17,696 nucleotides of DNA, taken from assembly GCA_965369865.1 (NCBI GenBank), contig CBDURU010000077.1:1-17696 (forward strand). Reading direction: 5' to 3'. This document shows positions 16,737-17,696 of this stretch, piece after piece (within the stretch, counting starts at the first letter, position 1; each line of letters opens with the position of its first letter). The position numbers and the translations under genes were made by a program. Origin of the DNA: an uncultured bacterium (GTDB lineage Bacteria; JAJVIF01; JAPKYR01). Under the pieces are notes generated by a model. It had not been told where the DNA came from. It made no database searches and saw nothing but the letters and a program-made list of their open reading frames with translations.

Positions 16737-17276
16737 CTAATAAATCCTGCTGCTGCCTTTCCTTCTCACATAATTGGCAGCACCCGTGATTCTTCCTTCA
16801 TACTGTTGATAATTCGCCAAACCCTTTAGATCGTCCATTTCACGGGCCATGGATTTCATGTCGTTAAGGTAGTCGCGGGCCTCGTTATACTGCCCATCCT
16901 TTATCAGCCTGTCGAGTTCCTCATCGAAAAATCCGGGATCGCCCATTGGAGTTGTCAACATCGGCGATGTTGTCCCCCATGAGTTAGACGATCGGTGGTT
17001 GCTGTAATCCGGCTTTGGTGATCGGTACATCGACCGGTACTGAAGGTCTTCATTACGCCTTGTCGCCCTGTAGTTACCGATCGCCGGCATTCCATGGAAG
17101 AATATCAGGTAAACCGCTAAACCCGTGAATCCGAATATAAAGACTAAAAATAACCATATACACCCGCCGTGCCCCTTCTCGGTGGCGTCGTTATAGACCC
17201 ACCCAAGCATAGCGAGCCAGAGAAAAAATCCAAGTATGCACCAGACAAGATATAATGCACCTGCCGATGAGCCCAT
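16737..17276 (-). CDS. Membrane protein with an N-terminal two-helix WVYxDA..G..W..G..Y module (PLDc_N-like) and a helical C-terminus
   Basis: 179 aa. GAGGTG RBS on the minus strand. Two hydrophobic segments flank WVYNDATEKG. Confidence 0.75.
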   Translation of the reverse strand: MGSSAGALYLVWCILGFFLWLAMLGWVYNDATEKGHGGCIWLFLVFIFGFTGLAVYLIFFHGMPAIGNYRATRRNEDLQYRSMYRSPKPDYSNHRSSNSWGTTSPMLTTPMGDPGFFDEELDRLIKDGQYNEARDYLNDMKSMAREMDDLKGLANYQQYEGRITGAANYVRRKGSSRIY

Positions 17277-17423
17277 TTTTTACACCTCGCTTTTGTTTTA
17301 TTTGGTTATTTGCTTAAGCCAATCAGTATTGTCCAATTACCAATCAGTGAGGGTATATCTCCCTGCGAGTAGTATCCATCCTGCTTATATGACATCAGGG
17401 ATTCAAAAATGTTGCAAGAGAAG

Positions 17424-17507
17424 ACGCGTGGCGTCGACACGCTGAGTGAGACATCTCCATCCCGCACGTCTGGAAATTCTCCGGGTCGAACGTGCTTGTC
17501 GACGTAA
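17424..17507 (+). repeat. 84-bp structured intergenic repeat, copy 2
   Basis: 81/84 identical to 142-225. Arms cgtcgaca/tgtcgacg enclose inner gcacgt/acgtgc and ctgga/tccgg stems. Confidence 0.9.
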
Positions 17508-17654
17508 TTCATTTATTTAAGGGGACATCTCTTTTCGCTCGTCGAAAAGCAGAACGTGAATCAATTATTTAGGGGACATCTCTTTTCGCTCGTCGAAAAG
17601 CAGAACGTGAATCATTTATTTAGGGGACATCTCTTTTCGCTCGTCGAAAAGCAG
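17502..17654 (+). repeat. Tandem array of three 51-bp units, each containing GGGGACAT plus the 24-bp hairpin core
   Basis: ggggacatctcttttcgctcgtcgaaaagcag starts at 17521, 17572 and 17623. The linkers aacgtgaatca(a/t)ttattta differ by 1 nt. Confidence 0.95.
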
Positions 17655-17696
17655 GTGGAGATAGTCCCGAATTTAGTTGAAAAAAGTGGCGGTTCC
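17618..17696. repeat. Right copy of the REP-like composite element; inverted relative to 18-94
   Basis: Its reverse complement aligns with 18-94 (see that feature). Confidence 0.85.

Noticed and set aside
17438..17494. Hammerhead ribozyme-like layout (cacg-CTGAGTGA-gac..gtc-tg-GAAA-ttc..ggg-TC-gaa-cgtg)
   Set aside because: It needs three insertions in the catalytic core (+1 in CUGANGA, +2 before GAAA, +3 after the cleavage site). Stem III would be mostly G-U, and copy 1 breaks stem II, so it cannot be supported without an assay.
17306..17512. 68-aa minus-strand ORF and 69-aa plus-strand ORF (17236-17445)
   Set aside because: They run through the non-coding repeat or overlap a real gene, and have no recognisable motifs.
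17521..17654. CRISPR array
   Set aside because: The 19-bp spacers are nearly identical to each other and short, and no cas genes are present. It is a tandem repeat.
18..17696. Autonomous transposon, prophage or linear replicon bounded by terminal inverted repeats
   Set aside because: No transposase, integrase, replication or phage gene is present, the cargo looks chromosomal, and the inverted ends are imperfect.

Overview
This is a 17.7-kb bacterial chromosomal stretch of roughly 50% GC by eye. It carries 13 credible CDSs in scrambled, mostly non-operonic order. These are two paralogous lipoproteins sharing an unrecognised N-terminal domain, an orphan MlaF-type ABC ATPase, a DciA/DUF721-like protein, a degenerate YccU-like CoA-binding protein, a degenerate class I methyltransferase, an AT-rich ORFan, an ATP-grasp ligase, an acidic lipoprotein, an orphan HypF, a secreted LTD + C39-like peptidase + Ca-binding-repeat protein, a TadG-like protein and a small membrane protein. 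There is also one frameshifted lipoprotein remnant. No transposase, integrase, cas gene, reverse transcriptase, tRNA or rRNA is seen. The most striking signal is non-coding: both ends are built from one modular, palindromic REP-like repeat family. It comprises an 84-bp structured element in direct orientation, ~77-bp inverted ends, a 24-bp hairpin core that is flipped relative to those ends, and a 51-bp tandem triplet. Related hairpin clusters lie internally at ~2864-2950 and 8096-8176. All product calls come from motif recognition by eye; no database search was run.
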